Assembly: GCA_012295275.1 (NCBI GenBank)
Contig: CM022673.1
Location: forward strand, 26,164,001-26,228,000
Reading direction: 5' to 3'
Origin: Chrysomallon squamiferum
Lineage: Eukaryota; Animalia; Mollusca
DNA: 64,000 bases
The position numbers and the translations under genes were made by a program. Shown piece after piece: positions 30,434 to 44,678 of the stretch (positions are counted from its first letter, which is position 1; each line of letters starts with the position of its first letter). Below the pieces are notes generated by a model. The model worked only from the letters and a program-made list of their open reading frames with translations. It had not been told where the DNA came from and ran no database searches.

Positions 30434-33400
30434 GCAAATAAATAAATAAATATGTAAATAATAAATAAAGTAATTAAATAAATAAATAAATAAATAAAAT
30501 CAACAACAGAACACACAAATTAATAATTATTTTATTCTTAAAGATACAATTTGTATTCTTTCATGCAGCTGTTTTTTTTGTGGGTTTTTTAATTTTAACC
30601 AAACCATGACTGTCATATCAAAACTATGCACAGCACTGTAGTAATTTACTGAGCCTTTCAGAACATTATCAGTATTTCAATTGATGTCAACCTCGTTATT
30701 AGTTTCTTATTTTATAGCCATACTTTATTGTTAGTAAAGACCTGAAGCCATTAATAAAAAAAAAAAAAAAAAAAAATATTATAAAATGTATTTAAGCTAA
30801 TTGTGTATTCTTACGCAAACATTTTAATATAATGGATCCTTCAAGTTGTTAACAGACAATGAATCCATTATTATTAAGCAGAAAGTATAGGTTTACGTTC
30901 AGAATGATGCACATAAAATATAAATGAAAGACCACACTTACAGAATTCACTCTGTTAAGTTTGTTGGACTCAATGTTCAATGATGGATCAATGTCTAGTT
31001 TTGCTCTTGATAGAATTTTCACTTCTGTAACACTCTTAAAATCCTGTTAAAAAAAAAAATTATAAAATAAATCTTAGAACTTAAAATAATTACCTTATTT
31101 GTAAGCTAACACTGTTAAACAAAAGAGAAATTAATTTTTATTAATAACAACTGGTTATGTGCCAAGAGGAGTATTCATGAAAGCCTTGAAGATGCTTGTC
31201 AGCTGCAAACCAGTTAACTAGCAATAAACAATGTGTTAAATACTTTCTACAGCATGAAAATATCTGAACATGTCTAGGGGTATGGATTTATTTTATTTCA
31301 ACATATTCAGAAAGAAAACAAAATTTTTTACTATTATATTACAGCCACAAGTTTTAACAACAAAAATAATGTTGTAATTTCCTATTTCTGGACACGTTCC
31401 AATTAAAAAAGAAAAAGTTGTTTAAATAAAGAGAAGTTAACTGTGTTCAAGGATGACATGTTTTTTCAAGTTAGGAGCTATGTTATCCACCATGTATGTT
31501 TTACTATATCATTTTAATTTTTAAGTATTGCATGCAGTTTTTGTGGGCATGATTGACTCATTGAATTTAAGATATTTATTAATAAGAATACCCAATGTTT
31601 TTTTTTACATTAATAACTCATTAAGTTTAAAACATCTGTTTACAAGAAACTCAATGTTTTATGTACACGAATGAGCCATTAAGTTTAAAACATCTGTTTA
31701 CAAGAAACTCAAAGATTTTTACACACGAATGACTCGTTAAGTTTAAAACATCTGTTTATAAGAAACCCAATGTTTTTTGTACACAAATGACTCTTTAAGT
31801 TTAAAACGTGTTTACAAGAAACTTAAGATATCTGTTAACCAGAAACTCAGTGTTTTTCAAGAGCAAGTTTTTACCAGCAGAAGTGTTGACTCCCACAGTC
31901 GACCTCGCAGAATGACAGTGACGTAAGCTCGACTCTTCAGTTCCCCAATGCTGCAGATTATTGTGTGACACTTTGCTGTCTTTCTCTGACAATCCTGTTA
32001 AATAAATAACACAGTTAATAAGTGTATCAACACTTTAAAAAACAGTTTGTTTCCTCCATTATTTCTTGAAGGGCATACACAGCAATGCCTCTCAGAATCC
32101 TAGGTCACATTTCATCTCACATTCCTCAATTCCTCTCCCATTTTGATTTGTCTTCTATTAATTTATTTGCCATTATATTTTAACAGTGATATTTTTATCA
32201 GAACAGTTTATAAAACAAAAAAAAAAAAATACTTTATTAAATGAAATGAAAAGAAATTGTTTTATTTATATTTCAGCGGATGATAAAACAATTCATCAAA
32301 AGCCCTTCCAATCAAAAAATTACTAAAAAGTTTTGTCAGGTTTGACTTAAAAATCGTTTATAGAATTCCTGTAAAATAACCAACAGTGACTTAGGCTTTT
32401 GCATGTTGATTGTCATGTCAGTTTACTATAATAACTAAGTTATTAAACTGGCTACAGTTGTCTTATACTGTTATCAGTGGACAGATATTTTTTCTCAAAA
32501 ATTCATGAACAGGACAGTCCCAAAGAGAATTAAGCTGATTCATCATATTTTAATTTTTAAAAATTTTTCTTTTGTGAACAGTTAATTCATGATCTCACTC
32601 ATGGTTGTGTATATTTGCATATCATTTGATATATCTAGTTCACTAGGAACATTATTTCTATGTTTGGAGATCCTTGCTTCACTGAAATTCCTCCACAATT
32701 CCTATCCTAGGGACTAAGTAACTTATGTGAGAATCACCGATATCCTGTGGTATGTACTGTGCTGCAATTATTTTGACATTACAGCATTTTTTTTTACTGA
32801 CACAACTCTAAGCATATTCTAGCAACAATTTATTACACTTTGTATATTAAAGTAATGCGTACTAGCAGTTTCTTTTATCCAAAACATTTTCTTATAACTT
32901 TTAATATTTTTTAGCATTATTTCATCCATTACTCCAATGATGTTCAACACAAATATATATATATATATAGCTTACAAATGTGTGAAGAGTTTAGGAAATC
33001 CTGTACGTACCAATACCACATTTTTCTCATCGTCTCTCTTTGATCTGACTCCAACATCTCGACGTTTGCGTTTGACCTCCAAATCAACGACTGATTCTGC
33101 AACACCTCCTCTTGTCTGTAGACAGAAACAAACATTAACAATCAACTTAACCAAATCTGGATCAAAAACAGACTGATCTGTGCTTAAAGCGTTTTTTTTA
33201 TCTACTGCGACAAAGTCTTATGTTAAAGCAATCACTATCGACAAAATGCAAAATTCATGCAATACGAGAGATCTATATTCGAGTTAATGCACGTAATGTA
33301 GTGATGTAAGAAAAATATTTTAACAGCTGCCAATAAACAAATGATGCAGGAACTTTGTTAACAGTTTATTCAGTCATATATGAATAATCAGATCTTTCTT

Positions 33401-36400
33401 TTCTTCTTTTTTTTTTCTGTAATAATTGATTTTTTTTTTTTTACTGTGTATATGGTCCTGTTTAAGCTTTGTGTGTAATCTACTGAATATACAAAATTTT
33501 TTTTTTTTTTTTTTTTAACTATATGAAATAAAAAGAGTGTATTTTAGGCTGGATGCAACGTAATATTGTGGTAAATACATAAAAAAAGGAATTCTTATCA
33601 GGTAGGACTCATAATGAAGTCTAAGGTAAGACAGAAGGACATAGACTAAAAAGGGCAAGAAAAATAACAAAATTGGAAGCCTTATTAATTTTAATACTCT
33701 GCCTTTTATTCATTACTAACATTTTTAAGGCTAGATATTTTTATTTCTAGTAAATAACTAAAGAAAATGATATCAAAAAAGGAAAGTAATGATGCATGGT
33801 GTTGGATACCAGTTATCAAAAAGGGTCAAAAAAAATAAAAAATAAATAAATAAATAAAAAATCAAATAAACAAATAAATATAATTAAATTAAAAATTAAA
33901 AATTAAATAAAAAATAAAAAATTAAATAATAATAATAAAAAAATAAAAAATAAAAAATAATAATAATAAAAAGTAAATTCAACTTGAAATGAAATCTATA
34001 ACCACAGTAATTTACACTTTGTTAATCTTCCTTTTTTACATGCCACAAGCATAAGAAATAGAAAGAAAAATAGTTTTGATGTGATAAAACATAGAATTGT
34101 GTATTTAAATAGATACAGACATACATCAATTTTTCAAATATTAAAATAAACAAGCAGATTTTTTTATATATAAAACATGCAATTTTATATACAGAATAAA
34201 TATCATTTAAATGTATCTTTACAAATTAAAGCCCCGTTTAAAAAAATACTTGCAAAACATTTTATCACCTTAAAAAGCTCATTTTAAAACAAAAATAATT
34301 AAAAAATTAACAAAATGAATCTCAATCACTGACAAAACTTACATTTCTTCTTGGTGGGCGGATGATGAAGTCAGGATTTTCCTACGTACATGAAACAAAT
34401 TAAAACTGTTGCTAAAATCCACTTTAAATATATTTTTATAACTCAGATATTCAAATATGTCCTTAGCATGTCATTTACTGTGCAAGGTAAATAAATATTA
34501 TGTACCAATATACTGATAGCATAGTGTGCACAATAAAAGAATGTTTTCAAAATGCTTATAAATGACTACAGAAAAGTTGTGGACATTGTTTTAAGCATGA
34601 AGTATTAACCATTCATTCTTGTGAATTTAATTTGTAAGTGTTGTAAAAAATAGACATCGGACATCAAAATGCTGTTATTTTAATTAATTATTCATGTTAT
34701 AAAGATACAGAAAATGCATTTCGTGCTAATTTAGATATATTATTATTAATAAACATGAGACAAGAATAACAAGCAAAATGCATTAGTTTCATAAATTTAT
34801 TTCAAATGTGATTTGCTAATTTCATTAAAAACGTCAAGATTTTTATATTTTTTTTTTTTTTTTACAAACAAATCTAAACTACATGATTTTTTAGTTATTA
34901 TTATTAGAAGTTGTATTTCACATGCACAACAAGGAATCCATGCATCTTAAAACATTATTTATTATCATACTTTATTATTAACAAAAAGAGTAAAATCTCC
35001 TTGAAATGACACCAAACATATTTGTTTATACTACTAGAGGTACTTGTGCTTTGAATAGCTTTAAAAAATAAATAAAAATAAAATATAATAACAGACTACT
35101 ACTATACAAGTAGAAAATGAATACCTTTATTCCCAGAGGATTGATGATCTTTGGGTTTATAATACATTCAGCTGGTCCATTCATAATCTGTTAAAATAAA
35201 TTTCAGTTAGTTAAGATAACAGATACTTTTAATAAATATTAATTATTGTTTCAGTTTTAACAAACGTCAATCAGAATTACTTTAACTGTACGATAATTCT
35301 AATTTCGGGGATAAATATAAAATATTTTACATGGATTAAGATAATAATACACAAATGTTTATCTCAGTACACATAATGAATGATGTTGCAATAAACACAA
35401 TTAAGACAGTTTTACTGTGAAATACGTTCATTAAGAATAACCGGTACATCATAATTATACATTTTTTTAAAACATTTGATAAATATAATGATAATAGCAA
35501 AAAAAAAAAAAAAAAAAAAAAAAGATTTCCCCAAAAAAGAAATAATGGTTGGTGACTCAAGCAGTAAATGGAAGACAACTAACCACTGGAGCCTGCATCA
35601 AGTACAGAAGATGTTTCCCATTTCCTGGCTCACCTGCCACCTGGAATGGCCAGCTGATTGTCAGTGTAGAGGCTGCCACTGTTCCTGGTCCATTATTTAT
35701 CACCTAAAAAATTTCACATTTAGTAAACAACAGTAAAGACTGGTATAAAGTTTGTTTTAAAAATATTTACTACACCATTGTATATTTTGAATTTGTATTA
35801 AATATATAGAATTTTTCACAATATTACAAAATGTTCATTTTGTCAAATGACAGTGGAAATGGATAGCAGATGTGGTGTTTCTGGTATTGTAAATAATTGA
35901 CAATTGTTCTTTTAATTTTTATTTCATTTTTAATATATGTGATAGCTGTATTCTGCTTAGTATCCAAACTAAGATGTTGTAAAGAGCTTATCCAACTGGA
36001 CTTTTTTTCTGAATGAATTTATCAGCTGATGAGTAAACTGGTTTTATCGATGCTTAAAAACCTGCCTGTGTAAAGGAATGAGTATCTGAAACTTACACTG
36101 AAGGTGTGGTTGACAGCTGGACCTATCTCATCCTCAATGTGAATAGCACTTTCACCTCGCGGTTCTCCTTTGTAGGTTATTGGGTAATCAGGACTGGCAA
36201 TGCTGGAATCAAAGTGACAGACATGTCATCAATTTTAGTTACTTTAAAATTTATTTGATTTTTTTTTAATTACTTTAAAATTTATTTGAATTTATTTGAA
36301 TTACTTTAAAATTTATGTGAATTTATTTGAATTACTTTAAAACTGATTTGAATTTATTTTAATTACTTTAAAAGGTATTTGAATTTATTTTAATTACTCT

Positions 36401-37550
36401 AAATTTATTTTTATTTATTTAAACATATAAAATCATAAACAGAAAGAACATGAACCCAACAACAGTAAAACAATATTAATAGCAATAACCTTTCACAATG
36501 ACCAAACGTTGTTGATCTAAAAAAAATTGGTAAAAAGTTTAAGAGTCACCTAAAAATTTGTTAATTCAGTAAGTTATTAATTTCTTAAGTTTTTAAAGCT
36601 TGCTGTAACTGCATCCCAATATGAAACTTAATTAATGTTGTACTTACCCGTTCAAATACATTTCAGCTCTGATGATAACACGGAATGGAATGTGGATTTT
36701 GTCATTTTCAGGTGTTTTTTCAATGCTTGATCTACAAGAAAGAAAAAATCTTGTGTATTAAACCCTTTAGTGGTTTTCTCTTTGTCCCTGCTTTAAATAC
36801 CTGAGCTTCTTATTAGTGCCTATCTTACATATATGCATAGCAAATGAAAAATATTCTCTACATTTTAAATCTTATGAAATGTCTACTCTATAAACTTTTT
36901 TCCAAGATGTAAATATTTCACTCACTGTCATATTCATTTGAAGACTGCTTTATTATGTTTACAAAATGTGATGGAAACTTAAAAGATAAGGAAAGATTAT
37001 TTTTTTTCCTGCCAGCTAATCTAAAATATTAAAACAAAGAATGCTGAACATTCATCATTCAGTTTGACTTAAGAAAAACAACTGTTTGCTACTGCAGTAT
37101 GAAGCAACACAGTTAACACTCTCTGTGTCCATTCTCAAATGACAGTTCCCTATTTTTAATTAATTTTATATAATTACGTGAACATTTCTGAACTTACGTA
37201 TTAACCCAAGCAACCAGGCTGAGAGATTTCTCTGATGGATGCAGGTTCGTGGGATCCAGCTTTATTCTGAAGTCAACTCTGTGATTCTCTGGCAGTGGAT
37301 TGCCAATCTCTTCACACTCAATCAGAGAAGCGTTGTTCTTCACCGGCTCACATTTAACAGAGGTTTCCTGTTGTTGACAAAACATTAGATTTTAATTCAG
37401 TAATCGTTACAGCACTTATGTTGCTCAAATATTCACAAATAAAAAAATTTTTTTTTAAAAAATAAGAAATATGCAAACATTTTAAAGTTTAGAATGCATT
37501 ACTAACTTCTGATTTTTGACTGTAATAGGAACTATTTTATGTTGTTATTA

Positions 37551-37587
<37 letters not shown>

Positions 37588-39317
37588 CATAACTGTTTTT
37601 TTATAAAAATTCTGCAGATCACTGGTTGTGAATAGTTTTTTGTTTTACTGTTTAATAAACAGTGTGTCAGTCAAATTAAGATGTAGTTTTAAAAAAAAAC
37701 AATTGGATTTGTTGCAAACTGCTAATTCATGTGAGTAGCTCATTAATTGTTAAATTAATGTTAAAAAGTGTTAAAACAAATATGTTCCATTAAAATAAAC
37801 AGTCTGTTTTATTTCTCATTCTCAGAAGTATGTAAGATGATGTTTTAAAAAACATACATACTGGATTTGTTGCAAACAGGGTCTCTGTTCCTAAATATAT
37901 AAATAATGATTATGATAAAATAAATAAGTGACTTGGGTTTTTAAAATAAAATATAAAATTTGATTATGATAAAATAAACAAGTAATAGGTTGGTGATGTT
38001 CACTGTCAGATGACCACAGTAGATCCTCTCCCATACTCAGAACATGTCTGTAAATTAGCATCACTGACAAAACAGGTGTAAAAATATACAAATAATGATT
38101 ATGAATAAATAAATAAGTAATAGGTGATGGTAAAATAAATATATAAATAATGATTATGATAAAATAAATAATTTGTAGGTGATGGTAAAATAAATATAAA
38201 AATAATGCTGATTATAAAATATATAAATAATGATAAAATAAAATAAAGAGGGAACCAGATATAAAAATATATAAATAATGCTGATGATAAAATAAATAAA
38301 TAATAGTTGACAAAAAATAAATAAATACATAAATAATAGATGATAATAAAATAGATAAATAATGACAACAACAAAATAAATAATAGATGATAACAAAAAT
38401 AAAATTAATAAATAAATAGAGGATGATAAAATAAATAAATAATAGATGATAATCAAATGATATGAAAAAGAAGATGAAATCAATTTCAATAATCATTTAC
38501 CAGTTTCAGAATATTATTAATTTTACTGTGGAAATACACAAACAGTTAACTTACCGAGGGAAGTCCCAGTGAAAATGCAAGTTGAAGATTGCTGTCACAT
38601 CTGTCATCATCTCCACACTCCTTGTGAAAGTTAACCTGTTATAAAAAAACAAAATGTCACCTACAAAGTACATTTATAAAAAAATATATATATATTATTA
38701 ATATATTTTATTGTTAGAAAAGGTTGGTTTATGAAAAACAAACTCTAGCAAATATTTGTCTTGATGACTCAAGATATATCTTAAAATATTATTAAAAACT
38801 CTTAACTGCATTTTTACAATGACACAGATATCAGTGGCAGTTGTGAATCTGGAAGTTGAAACTTAATATTTAAAAACAAAAAAAATCATGCTGGGTTTTT
38901 AATTTAATAATTACCTTTGTATTTATTCAATAAATTATTTAAGTATCATGTGAGCACCAAATACCTACTAAGAAAACGAAAAATAACCAAAATGATTAAA
39001 TAAAGAGAATTATATCAACTTTAGATAAATTAATCCACATTTGGCATTACTAATACACATGATATAAGAGTCTAATCTAGTTTCTAAAACTGAGTTTGGA
39101 GTGTATTACCATTGCAGTGAATGTTGTTGATGAAATGTCAGTACCCTCGAAGTCAGTCGCCAAGATGGGGTACTCGTTGATGTCAGTGAGGGGTGCCCCA
39201 GGGTTGGGCCGAGTGAAAGGTTTTTCTTCCAGGGTGTAACTGATCTCAAACATCAGTGGGTTCAGCTTGTCAGGAAAATTTTCCTATAAATAAAATATAT
39301 CTATCTATATCTATCTA

Positions 39318-39398
<81 letters not shown>

Positions 39399-42300
39399 TT
39401 AAAAAAGTAAAATACACAATACAAACAATTGTTAAAAAACCCCGGAAAATTTGCACTTCTAGTCAATATAGAACAAATGATTTGAAATCATTAATTATCT
39501 AATTTCTTAAATCATTAACGTATTAAGAAAATTTTAAGAATTAATAGGAATCTTTAGAGAATATAATAAAAACAAAAATGTATACTTAAATCTAATGTGA
39601 AAAACAAAATAAGTTTTGTTATTTAATTTTATTTATTTTTTTATACAAGTTATATATTTACATAACAAAGTCTAAACAACATTTTCAAGATCACTATTAA
39701 ACATCTGACAAACAAGCTATTTCTCTCTTACAAAGTTCACGCAAAACATCTCTTTATGCAATAAAAAAAATGAAACAGTTTCAGCTTTCTAGAAAACGTG
39801 GCTGGAACGAAAATAAAAATACATCAATTTTAAAGAAACAATAAAAACAAAGCCATCCAACTGTTCCACCAACCTTGAGATAGGCGATCTCCGTTGAACA
39901 CTTGTAGTCTTTATTTGTCTGTTTGTACAGGTGTACTGTGTTTTCCACAGTTCGTTTGTTCACATCTTGTGTGTTCTTCATCTCGACTCTGGGAATACTT
40001 CGGGATTTTTCGGCTTCGATTCTGTACTTGACAAATGGCCGAGTCTTGAAACTGTCAGATGAAAAAAAAAAAAAAATTAAAAATTAAAAAAATTACTGTT
40101 TATTTAATAAAACCTCTAATTTAGTTTGCTTGAAGAGTTTTTAGTTTTTCTTCATGCGTGAGAGGAAACCCACCACTTACTGTGATTTATGGATCTACAG
40201 GAAGGTTTTGTTACAAGTACACTCTCCCACAGAACTGAAAGCTCAACACTGTGGCCTCTGATAAACTAATTATAGAAAACAACTGGAATAAGAGATGGAT
40301 TAACAGGTAGTCTAATCCAGGGACTATTCATAACCTGTAATAATGGCTTAATCACGAAAACTATTTAAAATGTTACCTTTTTAATTGTCCTTTACAGGTG
40401 AACTCCTAGTAAGTCAGAACATATCCATAAAAAGCTAACTGACAATTAACTTTTAAAAAAATAACTAAAAAAAAAAAATAACAATAACAATAATAATAAT
40501 AATAAAAATATGTAAACAAATAAAAAATAAAATTGTCCTGCTCCACACATAAAAAGGGTAAAAAAAGCAGAATCAATCCAAAAATGCTGGCCAGCACATA
40601 TTAATGAATTTAGCAATGCAATACAAAATGCTTGAAATTTTTGCCGCAGTGTACAATGAAAATTAACATTAAAAGAAATATTTGATGGGACTGTCTTGCT
40701 TATGTTTCAGTATAATCTCATTTCTTGTGTTTGGATGGTAACTGTTAGCTAAAAAAAAAAAAGAAAATCGTACCTCTGTTTTGGTTCTGCAGTAAATCGC
40801 AGACAAATACTGATGACAATGCACTGTCGGTTCGTGTTGTCAGCTTCGCACTTCCCAGCTTTGGAAATGTCAATCATTTTCGGGGTGATGGTCAGATTGG
40901 AAATGAGGCGAATGATGGGTCGCGTGCGAAGCAGTGAGATCTGATCAGAAGCGTAAGATCCCACGAGCAGATCTGGGTAGCTGTTCCCATCGAGGTCCAG
41001 ACCTCCGGAGAGAGAGTAGCCAAAGGTGGACAACCCAGACGTGGGGATGTCTTCGGCATCAATTCTCTGAAACAATAAAATCATCACGTCATAAAGTGAA
41101 AAAGACCTTAAAATAAAACATCAATATGTCCAGGTAAACGGAACTCCATGTTTTAAGAAAATACTTGAAACACAATTACAATTAATTAATACTGATGATA
41201 CCTGAGCATATTTTTGGCTAACACCAGTTTTGGATCCGTGGTATATGTAAACTGCTCCATTTCCTTCGTAAGGTGCTCCAACGGCAAAATCTGAAAAGGC
41301 AGTGAAAGAAATGAAATTTACTTTTATTTAAAACCGAAATATAGAAAAATTTTCTAACATTTTTTTCAAACATATCAATTATTGATGCACAGTTTTATCC
41401 TCAAAAGCACTGTATTCAGAAACTAGCTCTGATATTGTTTGGTGTCCTAGTATTGAAATTTGAAATTTTAACTAATATGTATTATAAATGAAAATTCTTT
41501 TAATTCATCAATATTATATAACTATTTTTACCAATATCTTTATAAATAATAACTTCTTTTTTTTTTAAATTTCTATTTCAAATTAATAAAGAAAATTATT
41601 ATCCTTTCTTTCAGCATAGATACTTATATTAAACAATGCTTTAAATTAACCATTACTCTTTTCCAACCTTTCTAACGTTTAGTTTAGCTACTTTTAGACT
41701 ATCAAAATGAAGCTAAAAATATGAATGTATAATTTGATGATGTAATTCTCGACCTTGGTAGCCATCTTGGTTGACATCCCCCACACTGGCGAGACTGAAT
41801 CCAAACCGGGCGTGTTCACAACCGAGAGATTTGCACTCAACATCATTCATAGTGCGACTCAGAATCTCCACATACTCTGTGTATTTGTTGAACTGTAAGT
41901 GCAATAAAATACAGTAAAATACCACGGATCTATGTGTTTGTATAAAAAATAAATGTATAATTGAAACTTCACGTACTTCTAGAAAAGTACAAGTATTAAA
42001 TATATTTGAAAACAGAGACAAAAGTAGATATGAATACAACTATGCATTTTCCAAAATGTTATTTAATGTACACATAAAAAAAAATACATATACATATATT
42101 ACAGTATTCTGTGTCATTGAATATCTTTCAAATATTTGAATTATGACAATTATTCTGCAATTTTTATTCTAGATAGATATTATTCTGTGTACTTAATAAC
42201 CTAAATACAAAATAGTCACTATTTAAAAAATATAAAAAATTCAGAACTTAAGGTTATGTTAATTAACTACAAAATTAAAATCACGTGAAAACAAAATTAA

Positions 42301-43827
42301 TAATTTTTTACAAGAAGTAATTTAAATTGAAACTGTACAATAAATATAGGGCTACATCTATGTTATGGCAAATATTAATTTTTAGATAAATCAATGTCAC
42401 TCTACCGAATTTCCTCCTCCCAAATACACATATATGGCACCTCCAACATGTTTTGCATTGTAAAATGGAGCTCCAACGACAAGATCGTCAAATCTGAAAA
42501 CAAAACATATTAAAAATAACATATATTAAAAACAATATAGTAGTAATAAATCTGAATTTTTCGTGGTATTAACCTAACTCTAATGATAATGAAAGACTAA
42601 GCATCCCAGCTTCCTATTTTGTGTCTCTGATGCATTCAACTTCACAGTTATGGAATATCTCTCTGGTGAATGTATGTGTATGAATATATGTATATATGTG
42701 TGTATGTATGTATACAAGTATATGGGTATTCATGTGTATGTGTATATGTATGTGTGTAATAAACAAATGAATGTTACAAACCCGTCAGCATTTAAATCGA
42801 TGGTAAGAAGACTGTGTCCAAAAGCTGAGAAATCTCTGTGACCTTTGATAATTTGATTTTTGGCGTATCGAAGGTTTTGGCCAGGCACTTGAGTGAACAA
42901 GACAATTTCTCCTGTTTCACTGGATCTTGGAGCACCAGAAACATAGTAACGCATGCGACTTTTGTCATAGGTTCCAGCAGTCACGGAATACCCTGAAATA
43001 AAAAAAAAAATGAAAAACAAATCTTTAGATAAAGACAAAAACCAACAAATTTTTTTAAAGGTTTCAGATAAAAACATAATTCAAAAAAAAAAAAAACCAA
43101 AACAATAATAATAATAAATAATGTCTGTTACTGGTAATGAATTTAAAACAGAATTAACCATATAATCTTGTCTAATTACTGGCTTGGCTGTATTCTATAA
43201 AAATAAAACTACTTAGAAATATTTAAATTTGATTTTACATAAAAATATGCAACACTTTGTGAAAATGAACATTAATTTGCATTTTGTATAATATGATCTA
43301 ATATTTTTTTAAAATTAGCTGCTGTATTAATTTGAGTAACAAATTTATATACTTAATGATACTGCATAAATAAAGTAACCAGTCCTCTTAAATGTGTGTA
43401 TGTACATATATGTGTATATGTGTATGTCTATATGTTTGTATTTGTATATGTATATTTATATCTATCTCTATCTATCTATCTATCTATCTATATATATATA
43501 TATATCGATATATATAATGTCTATTTTTCATGTTTTACCAGTCTCTTGATAAATTTTTCTTTTTAACAGTGTAATTAGAAACCTATATATTAACCATGTT
43601 TAAATATGAAAGTTATGGGAAGTGGAATTCAAACCTAGATAGCCATATTTATCAATGGGTGGGTCCTCAGCTGCAGTGTTTGAGGTGGGAAGCTGCTCCA
43701 CAGGCACAGGACTTCTGTAAAACTGTTTGTCTGTCCCCAGCACCCCACTGATGTTAGACTTGAAAATAACACCTGAAAGTCAAAAATATTTATTTTATTA
43801 AAACAAAATTAATAATAATAATAAAAA

Positions 43828-43867
<40 letters not shown>

Positions 43868-44647
43868 AAAAAGTAAAAATAAAAATAAATAAATAAATAA
43901 ATAACGTATGTATGTATGTATGTATGTATGTATGCAGTGGTTAAAATAATAATAATAATAATAATAAATTAAAAGAATAAAAATAAAAATAAAAATAAAA
44001 ATAATTAAATAAATAAGGTATGTATGTATGTATGTATACAGATATAAATAAAACAAGTGAAATAAAAATATTATTAATCAATCTACAGAATGAGAATGAG
44101 AAATCAAAGGCTGTGAAAAAAAATTGTCACATTATAATCAAGAATAGTTTTAATGTTCCAATTCTAAGCTGTAAAATACTTTGAACAGAATTTAAATTTT
44201 TATTACAGTGAAGAGAACATATTTAAAATTTTCAGTAAAAATTCAGAGCAATCCTGAATGAATTACTATGTGGAATAGCTGAATGTTTAAAATAAAAATA
44301 ATGAGATCTGAATACATGCCAGAATAAAAAGGGATTCACATGAAACATTCAGAATAAACTTACCTCTCCAATCAAAGGATCCAGGTGCTCCAATAATAAA
44401 GCCATCATCCTGAATAATAAATTAATTTTATTTATTCTCACCTGTATCAGAAACAACTATAAATATGTTACTAAAAATTAAAGGTAATATTTATTGAAAA
44501 TGTATTAGAATATGTTTCAGAACACCTAAATATTTTGTTAACAAATATTCAAGACTATAATTTTGTTATCTGTTATACCACTTTCTTAATAACATATGGA
44601 TTATTTTTTTTATTATTATTATTATTTTTTTTTTTAACCACATAATT

Positions 44648-44678
<31 letters not shown>

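Noticed and set aside
29340-30516. ORFs rich in Ile, Leu, Tyr or FIYL that look like membrane proteins
   Set aside because: They are translations of (AAT)n and (AAAT)n arrays. Only 30230-30105 and 29392-29297 are real exons.
31554-31858. Regularly spaced conserved blocks resembling a CRISPR array
   Set aside because: The apparent spacers are similar to each other, so this is a 58-bp tandem repeat. It lies in a eukaryotic intron and there are no cas genes.
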